A stretch of 64,000 bases of DNA from Dehalococcoidia bacterium (GTDB lineage Bacteria > Chloroflexota > Dehalococcoidia > Plut-88900). The position numbers and the translations under genes were made by a program. This document shows positions 20,610 through 31,178 of the stretch, in pieces. The DNA lies in contig CBDFLQ010000007.1 of assembly GCA_965249275.1 (NCBI GenBank), forward strand, positions 992,001-1,056,000, written 5' to 3'. The notes under the pieces were generated by a model. It was given only the letters and a program-made list of their open reading frames with translations, was not told where the DNA came from and searched no databases. Positions within the stretch are counted from its first letter, which is position 1. The number at the start of each line of letters is the position of its first letter.

Positions 20610-21020
20610 CTAATAGAGCGCCTGACGCCCTTCAGTTCTGTATGTCAGCAAACCAGTGTGGCGCGCGAGCACGTCAAAATCGGCGTCCTGGTGTAGAACT
20701 GAGGCCCCCGCGCTTATGGCTACTGAGGCGATGAGGCAGTCGATGAGCTTGCGGACAGTTTCTCCATTTCGACGGCAACGGCGGTATAGGGCAGCCGCAT
20801 CCTCATAGTCAGTAGGGTCGGTCGGCAGCATCACTGCACGGGCCAAGAGTCTGCGCAGGTCCAATAAATGGAATTCGTCTCGGGCCCCGGCCAGCACTTC
20901 CATACGCACGGCATCACATATGGCAATCTCGTCAGACAATAGTTCATCTACGAGAAGGCAGACTGGAGAACCGGTGTCGCGGAGGAATTCAATCCAGGCC
21001 GAAGTGTCGATCAGGATCAC
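20610..21020 (-). CDS. vapC: VapC-family PIN-domain toxin
   Basis: ILIDTSAWIE, MEVLAG, IDCLIA and HQDADFD. Confidence 0.9.
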   Translation of the reverse strand: MILIDTSAWIEFLRDTGSPVCLLVDELLSDEIAICDAVRMEVLAGARDEFHLLDLRRLLARAVMLPTDPTDYEDAAALYRRCRRNGETVRKLIDCLIASVAISAGASVLHQDADFDVLARHTGLLTYRTEGRQALY

Positions 21021-21220
21021 AACGAACGGCCGGAGCGCATTGCTTCCAGGTCACCGTCCCAGCCGGTGCCGCGGAGTGCGCGGGCTTCGTCCAGGGACAA
21101 TGACTCAGCAGCAACCATTCGGAGGGCGAAGTTAACCGCCTCGCGCTTGGTTGAAATACGGTAGCGTGCCATCACTTCGGCGACCACTCGATCATCTATG
21201 TCTATGTTGGTGCGTGTCAT
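21017..21220 (-). CDS. vapB: VapB-family antitoxin
   Basis: MTRTNIDIDD...TKREAVNFALR...GWDGDL; 4-bp overlap with vapC. Confidence 0.88.
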   Translation of the reverse strand: MTRTNIDIDDRVVAEVMARYRISTKREAVNFALRMVAAESLSLDEARALRGTGWDGDLEAMRSGRSL

Positions 21221-21315
21221 ACACCAAGCATACACCATTGAGGCGCCTATAGCAAGATAGCATGGTGAATTCGATTATCCAGGACTGCGCTAAGGCAGTA
21301 CCCCGATAGGGGGCT

Positions 21316-22233
21316 CTACGCCCCGAACCGGTCCCCAACCGCCAGGCCCGATTGTTCGATGTATTCGGGTGCGGGTATCTTCCTAGACTCGGGTGGCTGC
21401 ACTCGCTTTATCTTCACCGAGCCCCCACCCCCGGTACCCACCGCGAATCCATCCTCTGCTATGGCCAGCACTTCACCTGCGGCCCCGGAATCAGAGCTCA
21501 ACTCCGAATCGAAGATCTTGACTTTCTGGCCCTTCAGGACTCCCCATGCGCCAGGCTGAGGGTTAGTGCCCCGAATGAGGTTGTATACGGTCTGAGCGTC
21601 CTTCTGCCAGTCGATCTCCGCGTTTTCGGGGCGGCAGATACCTTCGTAGGTGGCCTGAGACTCGTCCTGCACGATTCTCGGGGCAGTGCCGGCCTTCACC
21701 AGGTCCACCGACTCTAACATAGCGGCTACGCCATCCGGGAAGAGGTGGTTGAAGTAGACGGATCCGACGGTGTCGTCGGGTCCGATGGCCGCTTCCTTCT
21801 GCATAAGGATGGGGCCCGTGTCCAGGCCTTTGTCGGGCCAGAAGATCGTGAGGCCCGTCTTGTCATCTCCGTTGATGATGGCCCAGTTGATGGCGCTCGC
21901 GCCCCGGTGTTTCGGCAGCAGGGACGGGTGGTACTGGATGGTGCCCAGAGTCGGCTCATTCAATACCCTCTCCGGCACGAGAAGCGTCACGAAGGCCATA
22001 ACCCCGATGTCCGGCTTCATTCCCGCGATAGTGTCGTAGATCTCATCTGTCTTCATGGACGTTACCGTTATCAGGGGGATGCCAAGCTCCTCCGCCTTTG
22101 CAGACAGGGGGTCAGGTCGGCCCCTCCTCTCCGGGGGTGCGAAGACTCCCACCACCTCATCGTCTCCCCGGCCCACGAGTTTTTCCAGGACTCCGGCCCC
22201 AAAGGGCGCCTGACCTATGACTATTATTCTCAC
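21316..22233 (-). CDS. Fmt-like formyltransferase (similar to the N-terminal 10-formyl-THF domain of ALDH1L)
   Basis: GQAPFG, QYHPSLLPKHRGASAINW, FWPDKGLDTGP and an Fmt-type C-terminal domain. Confidence 0.85.
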   Translation of the reverse strand: MRIIVIGQAPFGAGVLEKLVGRGDDEVVGVFAPPERRGRPDPLSAKAEELGIPLITVTSMKTDEIYDTIAGMKPDIGVMAFVTLLVPERVLNEPTLGTIQYHPSLLPKHRGASAINWAIINGDDKTGLTIFWPDKGLDTGPILMQKEAAIGPDDTVGSVYFNHLFPDGVAAMLESVDLVKAGTAPRIVQDESQATYEGICRPENAEIDWQKDAQTVYNLIRGTNPQPGAWGVLKGQKVKIFDSELSSDSGAAGEVLAIAEDGFAVGTGGGGSVKIKRVQPPESRKIPAPEYIEQSGLAVGDRFGA

Positions 22234-22377
22234 CTGTGTACCTCCATCAGACCTAATCTCGGCAATATCAGCCCGCCCATGAGCAGTGGGAGTCTCGACT
22301 TGGATTCCGGCTGCGCTTTATACTTGCGCCCTCAACATCATGCCTTCCCACAGGCCCGAGACCCGAGAGAGGCCAAC

Positions 22378-23247
22378 TTGTCCGAAGAGCAAAACATAAG
22401 ACGGGTAGCCGTATTCTACCATCCGCGGCTCCCCGCGGCCCGGGTCCTCGCAGATGACCTGCTGGACATCCTCGGCAAAACCGGCGTCAGGGGATGGGCG
22501 CGTTCGGCCTGGGACGAAGAGATAACCTCAGACAACGTCGGTGACCGGGACCTGCTGATCAGCGTTGGGGGGGACGGCACCATGCTGCGGGTGTCCCATC
22601 TTGCCCTGTCCTCCGAGATCCCCGTCCTTGGCATCAACATGGGTAAAGTGGGGTTTATGAACGAGCTCAACCCCGCCGAGGCCCTCCAAGACCTCCCGCG
22701 GCTCCTCGCTGACGGAGGAAGGATCGAGCGTCGCGCCACGCTCCAGGCGGAGGTCGTGCCTCCGGCCACGACGGCCGATGGAGAGGGCACGGGGCGCAGG
22801 ACTTACTTTGCATTGAACGACGTAGTTGTAGCGCGGGGGCGCGTGGCTCGGGTCATACGCATCGAGGCCCGCATCGACGGCGATCTCTTCACCGTCTACA
22901 AAGGTGACGGTGTCATTATCGCCACGGCCACCGGCAGCACCAGCTATTCCATGGCTGCGGGCGGCCCGATTCTCAATCCCCTTACAGACGAGTTCGTGCT
23001 CAACCCCGTGACTTCACACCTCACCATTTCCAACGCCCTGGTGCTGCCACCCACCTCGGTGATAGACCTCACCGTGAGCACCGACCACGAGGTGATAATG
23101 AGCGTAGACGGCCAGATAGAAGCCGACCTCGAGGACGGTTACACCGTTTCCGCCACCATAAGCCCAAACTCCGCTCGATTCTTGAGATTCCAGCCCCCCG
23201 GCCGCTTCTATTCCACGGTTACCGAAAGGCTGACCAGAATGGAATAA
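22378..23247 (+). CDS. nadK: NAD(+)/NADH kinase
   Basis: GGDGT, GINMGKVGF, ALNDVV and TATGSTSYSMAAGGP; probable TTG start at 22378. Confidence 0.93.
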   Translation: MSEEQNIRRVAVFYHPRLPAARVLADDLLDILGKTGVRGWARSAWDEEITSDNVGDRDLLISVGGDGTMLRVSHLALSSEIPVLGINMGKVGFMNELNPAEALQDLPRLLADGGRIERRATLQAEVVPPATTADGEGTGRRTYFALNDVVVARGRVARVIRIEARIDGDLFTVYKGDGVIIATATGSTSYSMAAGGPILNPLTDEFVLNPVTSHLTISNALVLPPTSVIDLTVSTDHEVIMSVDGQIEADLEDGYTVSATISPNSARFLRFQPPGRFYSTVTERLTRME

Positions 23248-23260
23248 GCTCCATCCCCTC

Positions 23261-23794
23261 ATGATCGACAAACCCAAAACAAAGAGCACCCGCATCTACG
23301 AAGGCAAGGTGGTCAACCTGCGCATCGATGCTTTCCACCTTCCAGATGGCAGAGAAGCCACAATGGAAATAGTCGAGCATGTGGATGTGGTGCATATCCT
23401 GCCGGTCAACGACGACGGCAACCTATTATTGGTGAGGCAGTACCGGGCCGCGGCGGGAATGGAGCTATTGGAAACACCAGCCGGCGGCATAGAGCCCGGC
23501 GAGGATATCGAGGCCGCGGCCCAGCGCGAGCTCAGGGAGGAGACCGGCTACCGGGCTGAAAAATTCAGGCTGCTCGGCTCGGTCTACAGTTCTCCGGGGT
23601 TCTGCACCGAATTCAACCACCTATTCCTGGCCACTGGCCTCTCCTACGATCCGCTTGAGCCCGACGCCGATGAGGATATCTCCCTTGTCCCTGTCACGCT
23701 TTCGGAGGCTATGGACATGGTACGCACCAGCCAAATCGGCGATGCGAAGTCGGCCGCAGCCATACTACTTTACAAATCTCTCAGCACAACATAA
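23261..23794 (+). CDS. NUDIX hydrolase (ADP-ribose pyrophosphatase-like)
   Basis: Nudix box PAGGIEPGE...AAQRELREETG and SPGFCTE. Confidence 0.9.
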   Translation: MIDKPKTKSTRIYEGKVVNLRIDAFHLPDGREATMEIVEHVDVVHILPVNDDGNLLLVRQYRAAAGMELLETPAGGIEPGEDIEAAAQRELREETGYRAEKFRLLGSVYSSPGFCTEFNHLFLATGLSYDPLEPDADEDISLVPVTLSEAMDMVRTSQIGDAKSAAAILLYKSLSTT

Positions 23795-23855
23795 AATGAC
23801 CTCGTTCCCACTCCTTCTCCCAAGGGGTCTTTTTATTTTCCTCCTTGCCAACGCC

Positions 23856-24326
23856 ATGGCCCTTAAGAAGACATACCTTACACACAGGCGATTCGAGGAG
23901 CTTAAGCTGGAGCTTCACCAGCTCCGCACCGAAAAGCGCCACAAGATAGCCGACCGCATACTCCACGCCAAGGACTTCGGCGGCACCGACGACAACGCCG
24001 AATTCGACGACGCCAAGAATGAGCAGGCGTTCATCGAGGGGCGGATCATGACCCTGGACAATATGCTGCACAATGCCACCGTAATCCCCGACGAGCACCG
24101 GAAGTCAGCCTTTGTAGACATGGGGGCCAAGGTAACCGTTCAGAACGAGTCGGGGCGCACCATGAATTACCTGATAGTAGGCAGCGACGAAGCGGACCCC
24201 AAGGCCGGGAAAATCTCCAACGAAAGCCCCGTGGGCAAGGCGCTCCTCGGCAGCAAAGTCGGTGACGACGTCCGGGTAATAGCGCCCGCCAGAGTCCTCA
24301 AGCTGACCATCAAGAGCATTGAATAG
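23856..24326 (+). CDS. greA: transcription elongation factor GreA
   Basis: NAEFDDAKNEQAFIEGRI and ISNESPVGKALLG; directly upstream of lysS. Confidence 0.93.
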   Translation: MALKKTYLTHRRFEELKLELHQLRTEKRHKIADRILHAKDFGGTDDNAEFDDAKNEQAFIEGRIMTLDNMLHNATVIPDEHRKSAFVDMGAKVTVQNESGRTMNYLIVGSDEADPKAGKISNESPVGKALLGSKVGDDVRVIAPARVLKLTIKSIE

Positions 24327-24364
24327 CCAGAGGGGCCTTCCATTAGGCCCTCAATCCTTTCCGC

Positions 24365-25867
24365 ATGGCCGATAGAGGCGAAGACCTTTTCCAGCAACGG
24401 CTCTCCAAAGTTGAGCGTCTGCGCGCCCAGGGCATCGACCCTTATCCCGCCCGTCTCAACCGCACCCACACCGTAGCAGACGCCTTAGCCTACTTCAGAG
24501 CAATCGAAGATTCGGGGCGCGTGCCGCGGCGTTCGGTTGCTGTGGCCGGGAGGCTTATGGCTCTCCGGGGCATGGGCCGGGTCGCATTCGCCGACATCCG
24601 GGACGGCACGGGGTCTGTGCAGCTATTCATCCGAAGGTCGGACCTGCAGCCCGAGCAGCAGATCGTACTGTCGGAGTTGGACACCGGGGACTCCATCGCT
24701 GCCGAGGGGCCCATGTTCCGCACCCGTACCGGCGAGATTTCAGTCCGTGCCCAGTCCCTAACCCTGCTCACCAAGGCGCTCCGCCCACTACCCGAAAAGT
24801 GGCATGGCCTCACGGACGTCGAGAAGCGGCACCGGCACCGTTACCTTGACCTTATATCCAACGACGACGCACGTAGAATCTTCGACATTCGCACTCGGTT
24901 CATCTCATCCATGCGCCGCTTCATGGACGACCGCGGCTTCGCCGAAGTCGAGACCCCCATCCTACTCCCGGTCGCTGCAGGGGCCATGGCTCGGCCCTTC
25001 GTAACCGAGCACAACGCCCTAGAGCGCACGCTCTACCTGCGGATCGCCACGGAACTCTATTTGAAGCGCCTCATAGTCGGAGGTATCGACAAGGTGTACG
25101 AGATCGGGCGGATATTCCGCAACGAGGGGATCGACACCAAGCACAACCCCGAGTTCACAACCATGGAGAGCTACGAGGCCTACGCCGACTACAACGACGT
25201 TATGAGCATGGTAGAGGATATGTTGGCCTATATCACGCAGGAGGTGCTCGGGACCCGGACAGTCCAGTATGCCGGCCACACCCTGGACTTCACGCCTCCG
25301 TGGCCCCGGGTCTCCGTCCGGGATGCGATCCTCGGGAGGAGCGGCCTGGACATCGCCGACCCGAAGTACTCCGACATCAACGTATTACGAAAGGATGCGG
25401 AGGCCGTAGGCCAGCGAGTCGAGGGGCTCAGCCCTGCGCAGCTTTATGACAAGCTGCTCTCCACCTTCGTTGAACCATACATCGTCCAGCCTACTTACGT
25501 CATCGACCATCCGGTCGAGATGTCTCCTCTATCCAAGCGCAAGCCCGACGATCCCCGTTTTGTCGAGAGGTTCGAGGGGTTTGCCGCGGGAATGGAAATC
25601 GCCAATGCCTTCACGGAACTTAATGACCCGATAGACCAGCGAGAACGCTTCGCCGAGCAGGAGAAGTTCAGGCTTGAATTCGGTGACGAGGAGGTAGACC
25701 GGCTGGACGAAGACTTCCTTCTGGCTATGGAGCACGGGATGCCACCCACCGGGGGACTCGGCATGGGCATCGACCGGCTGGTGATGCTATTAACGGACCA
25801 GCAGTCCATCCGGGAGGTCATCCTGTTCCCGCAGCTTCGCTCGGTCGAGCGGCGCGACCCGCAATGA
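24365..25867 (+). CDS. lysS: lysine--tRNA ligase (class II)
   Basis: LRPLPEKWHGL, FRNEGID..HNPEFT and GMPPTGGLGMGIDRL. Confidence 0.98.
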   Translation: MADRGEDLFQQRLSKVERLRAQGIDPYPARLNRTHTVADALAYFRAIEDSGRVPRRSVAVAGRLMALRGMGRVAFADIRDGTGSVQLFIRRSDLQPEQQIVLSELDTGDSIAAEGPMFRTRTGEISVRAQSLTLLTKALRPLPEKWHGLTDVEKRHRHRYLDLISNDDARRIFDIRTRFISSMRRFMDDRGFAEVETPILLPVAAGAMARPFVTEHNALERTLYLRIATELYLKRLIVGGIDKVYEIGRIFRNEGIDTKHNPEFTTMESYEAYADYNDVMSMVEDMLAYITQEVLGTRTVQYAGHTLDFTPPWPRVSVRDAILGRSGLDIADPKYSDINVLRKDAEAVGQRVEGLSPAQLYDKLLSTFVEPYIVQPTYVIDHPVEMSPLSKRKPDDPRFVERFEGFAAGMEIANAFTELNDPIDQRERFAEQEKFRLEFGDEEVDRLDEDFLLAMEHGMPPTGGLGMGIDRLVMLLTDQQSIREVILFPQLRSVERRDPQ

Positions 25868-25940
25868 CCCTCCCGAAACTCCACCCTCGTTCTCACTGTC
25901 TTATACTGTTCCGAAACATCCAGACTCGAGAGTTCCATTC

Positions 25941-27209
25941 ATGCTGTCCATCAACCTAATACGCGAAAATCCGAAAGTCGTCCGGGAGGCCCTTGACCGT
26001 AGGGACGAGGACCATGCACCCCTTGACCGGATCATCGAACTCGACGAAGGACGCCGAGTAATTCTCACTTCCTCAGAGACCCTCCGCGCGCGCCGCAACC
26101 AGGTCAGCAAAGAGCTGTCCAAGATGAAGGAAAAGCCGCCTGAGGTGATAGGGGAGATGCGTCAGGTCGGGTCGGAGATAAAGACCCTCGAAACCGACCT
26201 CAAGGAGCTGGATGAAGAGCTGGATCTGCTACTGCTCCAAATACCGAACATACCCCTACAGGATGTGCCTTCGGGCGCCGACGAGAGCGGCAACGTGCTC
26301 ATAAATACCGTAGGGACGGCACCGACTTTCGAATTTCAGCCCCGGCCGCACTGGGAAATCGGTGAGAATCTGGGCATCCTGGACTTTGAGAGGGGAGTGA
26401 AGATATCGGGCTCCCGATTTTATGTGCTGAAGGGGCGCGGGGCTCGGCTCCAGAGGGCACTCATTTCCTGGATGTTGGACTTTCACCAATCTCAAAACGG
26501 CTACACGGAGATCTATCCGCCCTTCGTGGTCAAAAGGGAGGCGCTGGTCGGGAGCGCTCAGCTGCCAAAGTTCGCCGATAACGTCTACCACGACGAGCAG
26601 GACGACCTCTGGTTAGTCCCCACTGCCGAGGTGCCCCTGACAAACCTGCACAGGGACGAAATTCTCGACGCTTCCGATCTCCCCATCAACTACGTTGCCT
26701 ATACGCCCTGTTTCCGCCGGGAGAAGATGTCGGCCGGCAGGGACACCCGTGGCATCAAGCGGGGACACCAATTCGACAAGGTGGAGATGTACAAGTACGT
26801 CACACCTGAAGACTCCGAAGAGGCTCTGCAGTCCATGCTCTCCCACGCCGAGGGTGTCGCCGAGGCACTTGGGCTATCCCACCGTGTCCTTGAGCTCTGC
26901 ACAGGCGACCTCGGGTTCCACTCCGCCAAGTCTTATGACGTGGAGGTGTGGGCGCCGGGCTGTGAAGAGTGGCTGGAGGTGAGCTCCTGCAGCAACTGTC
27001 TCGATTTCCAGGCCCGCAGAGCCAACATCCGCTACCGACCGAAGGAGGGGACACGGCCCCGGTACGTACACACACTCAACGGCTCGGGGCTGGGGCTGCC
27101 GAGAGTGTTGATAGCCGTGCTTGAGACTTACCAGCAGGCCGATGGGTCGGTGCGTATCCCGGAGGTGTTGCAGTCTTACACTGGGTTCGACGTCATCCCT
27201 ACTCCCTAA
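25941..27209 (+). CDS. serS: serine--tRNA ligase
   Basis: LVPTAEVPL, HQFDKVE, EVSSCSNC.DFQARR and HTLNGSG. Confidence 0.98.
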   Translation: MLSINLIRENPKVVREALDRRDEDHAPLDRIIELDEGRRVILTSSETLRARRNQVSKELSKMKEKPPEVIGEMRQVGSEIKTLETDLKELDEELDLLLLQIPNIPLQDVPSGADESGNVLINTVGTAPTFEFQPRPHWEIGENLGILDFERGVKISGSRFYVLKGRGARLQRALISWMLDFHQSQNGYTEIYPPFVVKREALVGSAQLPKFADNVYHDEQDDLWLVPTAEVPLTNLHRDEILDASDLPINYVAYTPCFRREKMSAGRDTRGIKRGHQFDKVEMYKYVTPEDSEEALQSMLSHAEGVAEALGLSHRVLELCTGDLGFHSAKSYDVEVWAPGCEEWLEVSSCSNCLDFQARRANIRYRPKEGTRPRYVHTLNGSGLGLPRVLIAVLETYQQADGSVRIPEVLQSYTGFDVIPTP

Positions 27210-27326
27210 CCCCTTCCCATCCTTCGTCATTCCGCCGTCCGAACGGCATCTTCCTTCTTCCCTGACATATCCAATGCACGATTTTTTCGTTAACCTAGCT
27301 GAGAGGGAAGGTTGCATATTTCAAGC

Positions 27327-28640
27327 ATGAATTGGCCCAGGCCGCACCGTGCCGGGCGCTGGATCATGGCAGGACTCATCGTGGTCGCTGCGCTAGTTAT
27401 TGCCGTGTCCTGCACAGAGGAACCCAATCCAACCCCACTACCTCCCACAAACACCATTGCCCCCACTCCAACTGCGCCGCTCCCCACACCCGTTCCCATT
27501 CCCACTGCCACACCTACCCCCACTCCTGTACCCCGGGACATCTCGCAATGGACGGCGGAGAACCCCGCCACCTTTGAGGAGATAGAGCTGGCATTGGAGA
27601 AATACCGTGGCGAGAATCTTAAAATTGGCTCCTGGGGTGGCGCCTACGAGGAGGCACAGAGGCAGGCCTACTTTCTACCGTTCCAGGAGAACTTTGGAAT
27701 AAAGACCGAGTTAATTGATCCAAATCTTTACTGGCGGACCGTCCCACTCGTAAGGAAAAGGCCGACGTTGGACGTGTATGACGTTTCGACTAGGTCTGCC
27801 AATCATCTCGGGATTGAAGGCGATTTGGAAGAGCTTACCCCAGCCATACACAACGGATACTTGTCCGGCTTTCCGGAGGTTGCTAGAACCCCGTGGAGCG
27901 GAGGTGGCGGAACCATCTGGTCTACGGGGTTAGCCTACAATCTGAACGCAATAGACGACTTGTGGGGAGGTCAACATCCGACAAGTTGGGCGGACTTCTG
28001 GGACGTGGAACGGTTCCCGGGCAGACGCGGTATGTTCGACGCACCCCAGGAGAGCATCTTCTTTGCCCAGTTCGCGCTTAATCCCGATCTCCTGAACGAG
28101 TCGGAGTCGCGTCTCGCCATCGCAAGGTTGACCGATCAACAGGTGAACCAGTCCTTCGAGAAGATGGAAGAGATCAAGCCCCACATCGACGAGTGGATAT
28201 GGGGATGGGAATGCATACGTATGCTCCTCGGCAGCGAACTAGACATATGCACCACGTGGAGCCACCGTATTTGGGATGCTCAACAGGAAATGGGGGGAGA
28301 ATCCCTCTACTATTGCTACGAGTGTGGGCACGTCAACCAAACCGATGTATTCGCGATCCCACTGAGCGCTCCCAACAAAACCCTCGCAGAGCTATTCATC
28401 GCCTGGACAGGTCATCCTCACATAAACGTGCGATTGTCCAACTACATCCCCGATGGCCCTCTCAACACCAACGCCTTACCCCTTCTCCAACATACCCCTT
28501 CCGCAGAGAGCATTGCCGCTCTGCCCACCTCCCCCCAAGCTCCTGAAAGGGCCGTTCTGATAGACGAGAAGTGGCTGGCTTCAGTCGAGGACACTCTAAT
28601 CAAGAGGTTCGAGGATTTCCTAGCGGACGTGAACCACTAG
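27327..28640 (+). CDS. PotD/PotF-like extracellular solute-binding lipoprotein with Pro/Thr linker
   Basis: Lipobox VIAVSC, PTPTP repeats, SWGGAY..AQ..AY and WADFWDVERFPGRR. Start could be 27327 or 27366. Confidence 0.8.
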   Translation: MNWPRPHRAGRWIMAGLIVVAALVIAVSCTEEPNPTPLPPTNTIAPTPTAPLPTPVPIPTATPTPTPVPRDISQWTAENPATFEEIELALEKYRGENLKIGSWGGAYEEAQRQAYFLPFQENFGIKTELIDPNLYWRTVPLVRKRPTLDVYDVSTRSANHLGIEGDLEELTPAIHNGYLSGFPEVARTPWSGGGGTIWSTGLAYNLNAIDDLWGGQHPTSWADFWDVERFPGRRGMFDAPQESIFFAQFALNPDLLNESESRLAIARLTDQQVNQSFEKMEEIKPHIDEWIWGWECIRMLLGSELDICTTWSHRIWDAQQEMGGESLYYCYECGHVNQTDVFAIPLSAPNKTLAELFIAWTGHPHINVRLSNYIPDGPLNTNALPLLQHTPSAESIAALPTSPQAPERAVLIDEKWLASVEDTLIKRFEDFLADVNH

Positions 28641-28688
28641 CCCTCACCTCCACGTCAAAAGGCGTATCATATAGTCCGTCCCGTGCCC

Positions 28689-28778
28689 GGAGGGATGGCC
28701 GAGTGGTTTAAGGCACCGGTCTTGAAAACCGGCGTGCGCGTCAGTGTACCGTGGGTTCGAATCCCACTCCCTCCGCCA
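28689..28778 (+). tRNA. tRNA-Ser (anticodon TGA)
   Basis: GGAGGGA/TCCCTCC acceptor stem, CCGGT-CTTGAAA-ACCGG anticodon arm, long variable arm, GGTTCGAATCC and encoded CCA. Confidence 0.96.
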
Positions 28779-28938
28779 CTATAACTTTTTTGACTGTCCG
28801 CTTTTTTCTCATTTCATGCTTGCTCCATAGCTAATATAGTCTCTTGTAGTGCCCTGCCCCACCCTCCTAATCTTTTGAGTTCCCACATTAAGTGTGGTAA
28901 CATTCATGGGAACATTTGGGATTTATGGAGGCATCTGA

Positions 28939-30084
28939 ACCCTATCTGCAACTCGGGTCAAGGCCCTGAAGGATCCAGGACGCTACTCCGATGGTGGCGG
29001 CCTGCACCTTTTCATCAGCAAGGCGGTGCGGAAATCTTGGGTCCTGCACATCACTGTTGATGGACGCCGGCGGGATATAGGCTTGGGCGGATATCCGTCC
29101 GTCAGCCTGGCTCAGGCTCGTGAGAAGGCGGCGGACCATAGGGCCGCAGTTGCGGAGGGTCGAGACCCCGTGGCCGAAAAGCGCGCTCCTGCCATGCCAA
29201 CCTTTAGGGAAGCCGCCTACGCCGTCCATGAGGCCAATAAGCCCCGGTGGCGCAACCCCCGGCATGCTTCAGGCTGGATTCAGACCCTGGAGCGTCATGC
29301 TATGCCTAAGTTGGGCAACACACCGCTGGACAAGATACATCGGGGAGACGTGCTACGGGTCCTCACTCCCATTTGGATGACCCGGCCCGAGACGGCCCGA
29401 AGAGTGCGTCAGCGTATGAGGGCCGTATTCCGGTGGGCCATGGCCCACGGATTCGTGGAGTCCAACCCGGCGGGTGAAGCCATCGACGGTGCATTGCCCC
29501 CCATGCCGAAGGTGAAAGCACACTTCAGGGCACTGCCCTACCAGAACGTCGGGGCCGCAATGGAAACGGTTGCAGCATCCCATGCTTCGATGTCCGCAAA
29601 GTTCTGCTTCCGATTCCTGGTTCTCACGGCGGCCCGCTCCGGCGAAGCCAGGGGCGCTACCTGGGACGAGATCGACCTCTAGGGCCAAGAATGGCGGATT
29701 TCGTCTGAGCGTATGAAGGCTGGTGTGGAACACCGCGTACCCCTCAGCGGAGAGGCACTTGACCTGCTTGGCGAAGCATCTGTCCTGCGTGAAGACACCG
29801 GCCTGGTGTTCCCGTCGCCGCTAAAGCGGGGGACGCCCATGTCCGACATGACACTGACGAAGATGCTCCGTTCCGTCGGTCTGGCGGAACGTGCCACTGT
29901 CCACGGGTTCCGCAGCAGTTTCAAGAACTGGACACTGGAACAAACGGACACCCCGTGGGTTGTTTCAGAAGCGGCTCTTGCCCACAGCCTCGGCAATACG
30001 ACCGAGCAGGCCTACGCCAGGTCAGATCTATTCGAGCGGCGCCGCACGCTGATGCAGCTGTGGGCGGATTACCTGACCGACTGA
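28939..30084 (+). pseudogene. P4-like tyrosine integrase (arm DNA-binding plus catalytic domain), disrupted
   Basis: One reading frame: TLSATRVKALK.PGRYSDGGGL, LTAARSGE, HGFRSSF, ALAH and AYARSD. Start codon lost (TGA 28936-28938) and in-frame TAG at 29680-29682. Confidence 0.88.
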
Positions 30085-30125
30085 TCTCAAGGAACCAGAA
30101 CAGCCATTCCGAGCACCGGCTCCGC

Positions 30126-30359
30126 TTATGAAGGCCGTATCCAGCCCGCACCCGTTGGGTCAAATTCACCCCTGGCCACCGGCCGGGACTCCATCCAGGC
30201 CGTGATATCGCTTGCCTTCCATCTGACGGCTGCGGGGCCGATCCTTACCGGCCGGGGGAATTCACCCTCCTGCATCAGCCGATAGATCGACGAGCGGCCC
30301 ATGCCAGTGATCTCCTCGACCTGGCGACGTCTCAGCAGTCTGTCATGCATTGTCATCAT
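30126..30359 (-). CDS. AlpA-family regulator / excisionase
   Basis: LLRRRQVEEITGMGRSSIYRLM..GEFPRPVRIG..AVRW. Confidence 0.9.
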   Translation of the reverse strand: MMTMHDRLLRRRQVEEITGMGRSSIYRLMQEGEFPRPVRIGPAAVRWKASDITAWMESRPVARGEFDPTGAGWIRPS

Positions 30360-30509
30360 CTCTTCATGTCCTCCGATTCGTAGCGGCAAAGTACCGGTCT
30401 TCCAGAGAGTCTCCGGGGCTCTGCCCTCTCTTTATGGGTTCGTGGACACGCTGCCCGTGCTGACGGGAATGGGCGAGCACGGGCGGCGTCTGTAGCCGGG
30501 GTGTGGGGT

Positions 30510-30842
30510 CTATCTCTGCTGACCCCGGAACGTCATCTGGAATCTCTCACTCATGAGGATGTCCAGGCCGTCGGGCATCCGGATTGCGAAGCGGAAGATG
30601 GCGTGCATCGCCCCTCCGCACGGTTCAGTGCCCTTCTTGCGCCACCTCATCAGCTGCTTGCGGTCCACGCCGATGGACCTGGCCATCGCACCCCAGGAGA
30701 GGCCGCTGGCCTCCTTTAGTCCTTCGAGGCGCTCCGGGAAGTCCTGAGGCAGCACGCCGCCCAGGTAGGACAGGTCGCTGCCATCATCGGCGCTTCGGTG
30801 CGTGTGGCCGTCGAAGCGGAATTTTGTGTTAGAGCTGTTCAT
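30510..30842 (-). CDS. XRE-like HTH protein
   Basis: FPERLEGLKEASGLSWGAMARSIGV. Confidence 0.65.
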   Translation of the reverse strand: MNSSNTKFRFDGHTHRSADDGSDLSYLGGVLPQDFPERLEGLKEASGLSWGAMARSIGVDRKQLMRWRKKGTEPCGGAMHAIFRFAIRMPDGLDILMSERFQMTFRGQQR

Positions 30843-31110
30843 CCGTCACCTCCAAAGTAAAAAGTTGGTTGAAGTCCTCCACACCGAGAGCCTTTTGCAT
30901 CCGGCGGCGGATGCGCCCGGATGGTGAGGGCCCCCCGTTGACCAGCATCGACATGTATCCGGGGCTGACCCCGACCTCCCTGGCGAGCCAGTTCTGGGAG
31001 CGGTTCAACAGGGTGAGCCGCCTCCAGAGGGCCGCCGTATCGAGCCGTACAACAGTTCGTCCTCCATGCTTCCGGGGACTTTTTCGCTTGTCGGCGTGTT
31101 GTGAACGCAT
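30829..31110 (-). CDS. XRE-family HTH regulator
   Basis: SQNWLAREVGVSPGYMSMLVNG. Confidence 0.75.
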   Translation of the reverse strand: MRSQHADKRKSPRKHGGRTVVRLDTAALWRRLTLLNRSQNWLAREVGVSPGYMSMLVNGGPSPSGRIRRRMQKALGVEDFNQLFTLEVTDEQL

Positions 31111-31178
31111 GGCTATTCCATCTCCCTCGCAGAACGAGGGCGCAGGACTATATGACATCCTCCTCCTTCACTCATTGG

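Noticed and set aside
21745-22377. 200-aa N-terminal extension of the NAD kinase ORF
   Set aside because: Antisense to the formyltransferase gene; kinase homology starts near 22378.
29680-29682. In-frame TAG in the integrase as pyrrolysine or programmed readthrough
   Set aside because: The start codon is also lost, no pyl genes are in the window and the position is non-catalytic; a nonsense mutation is simpler.
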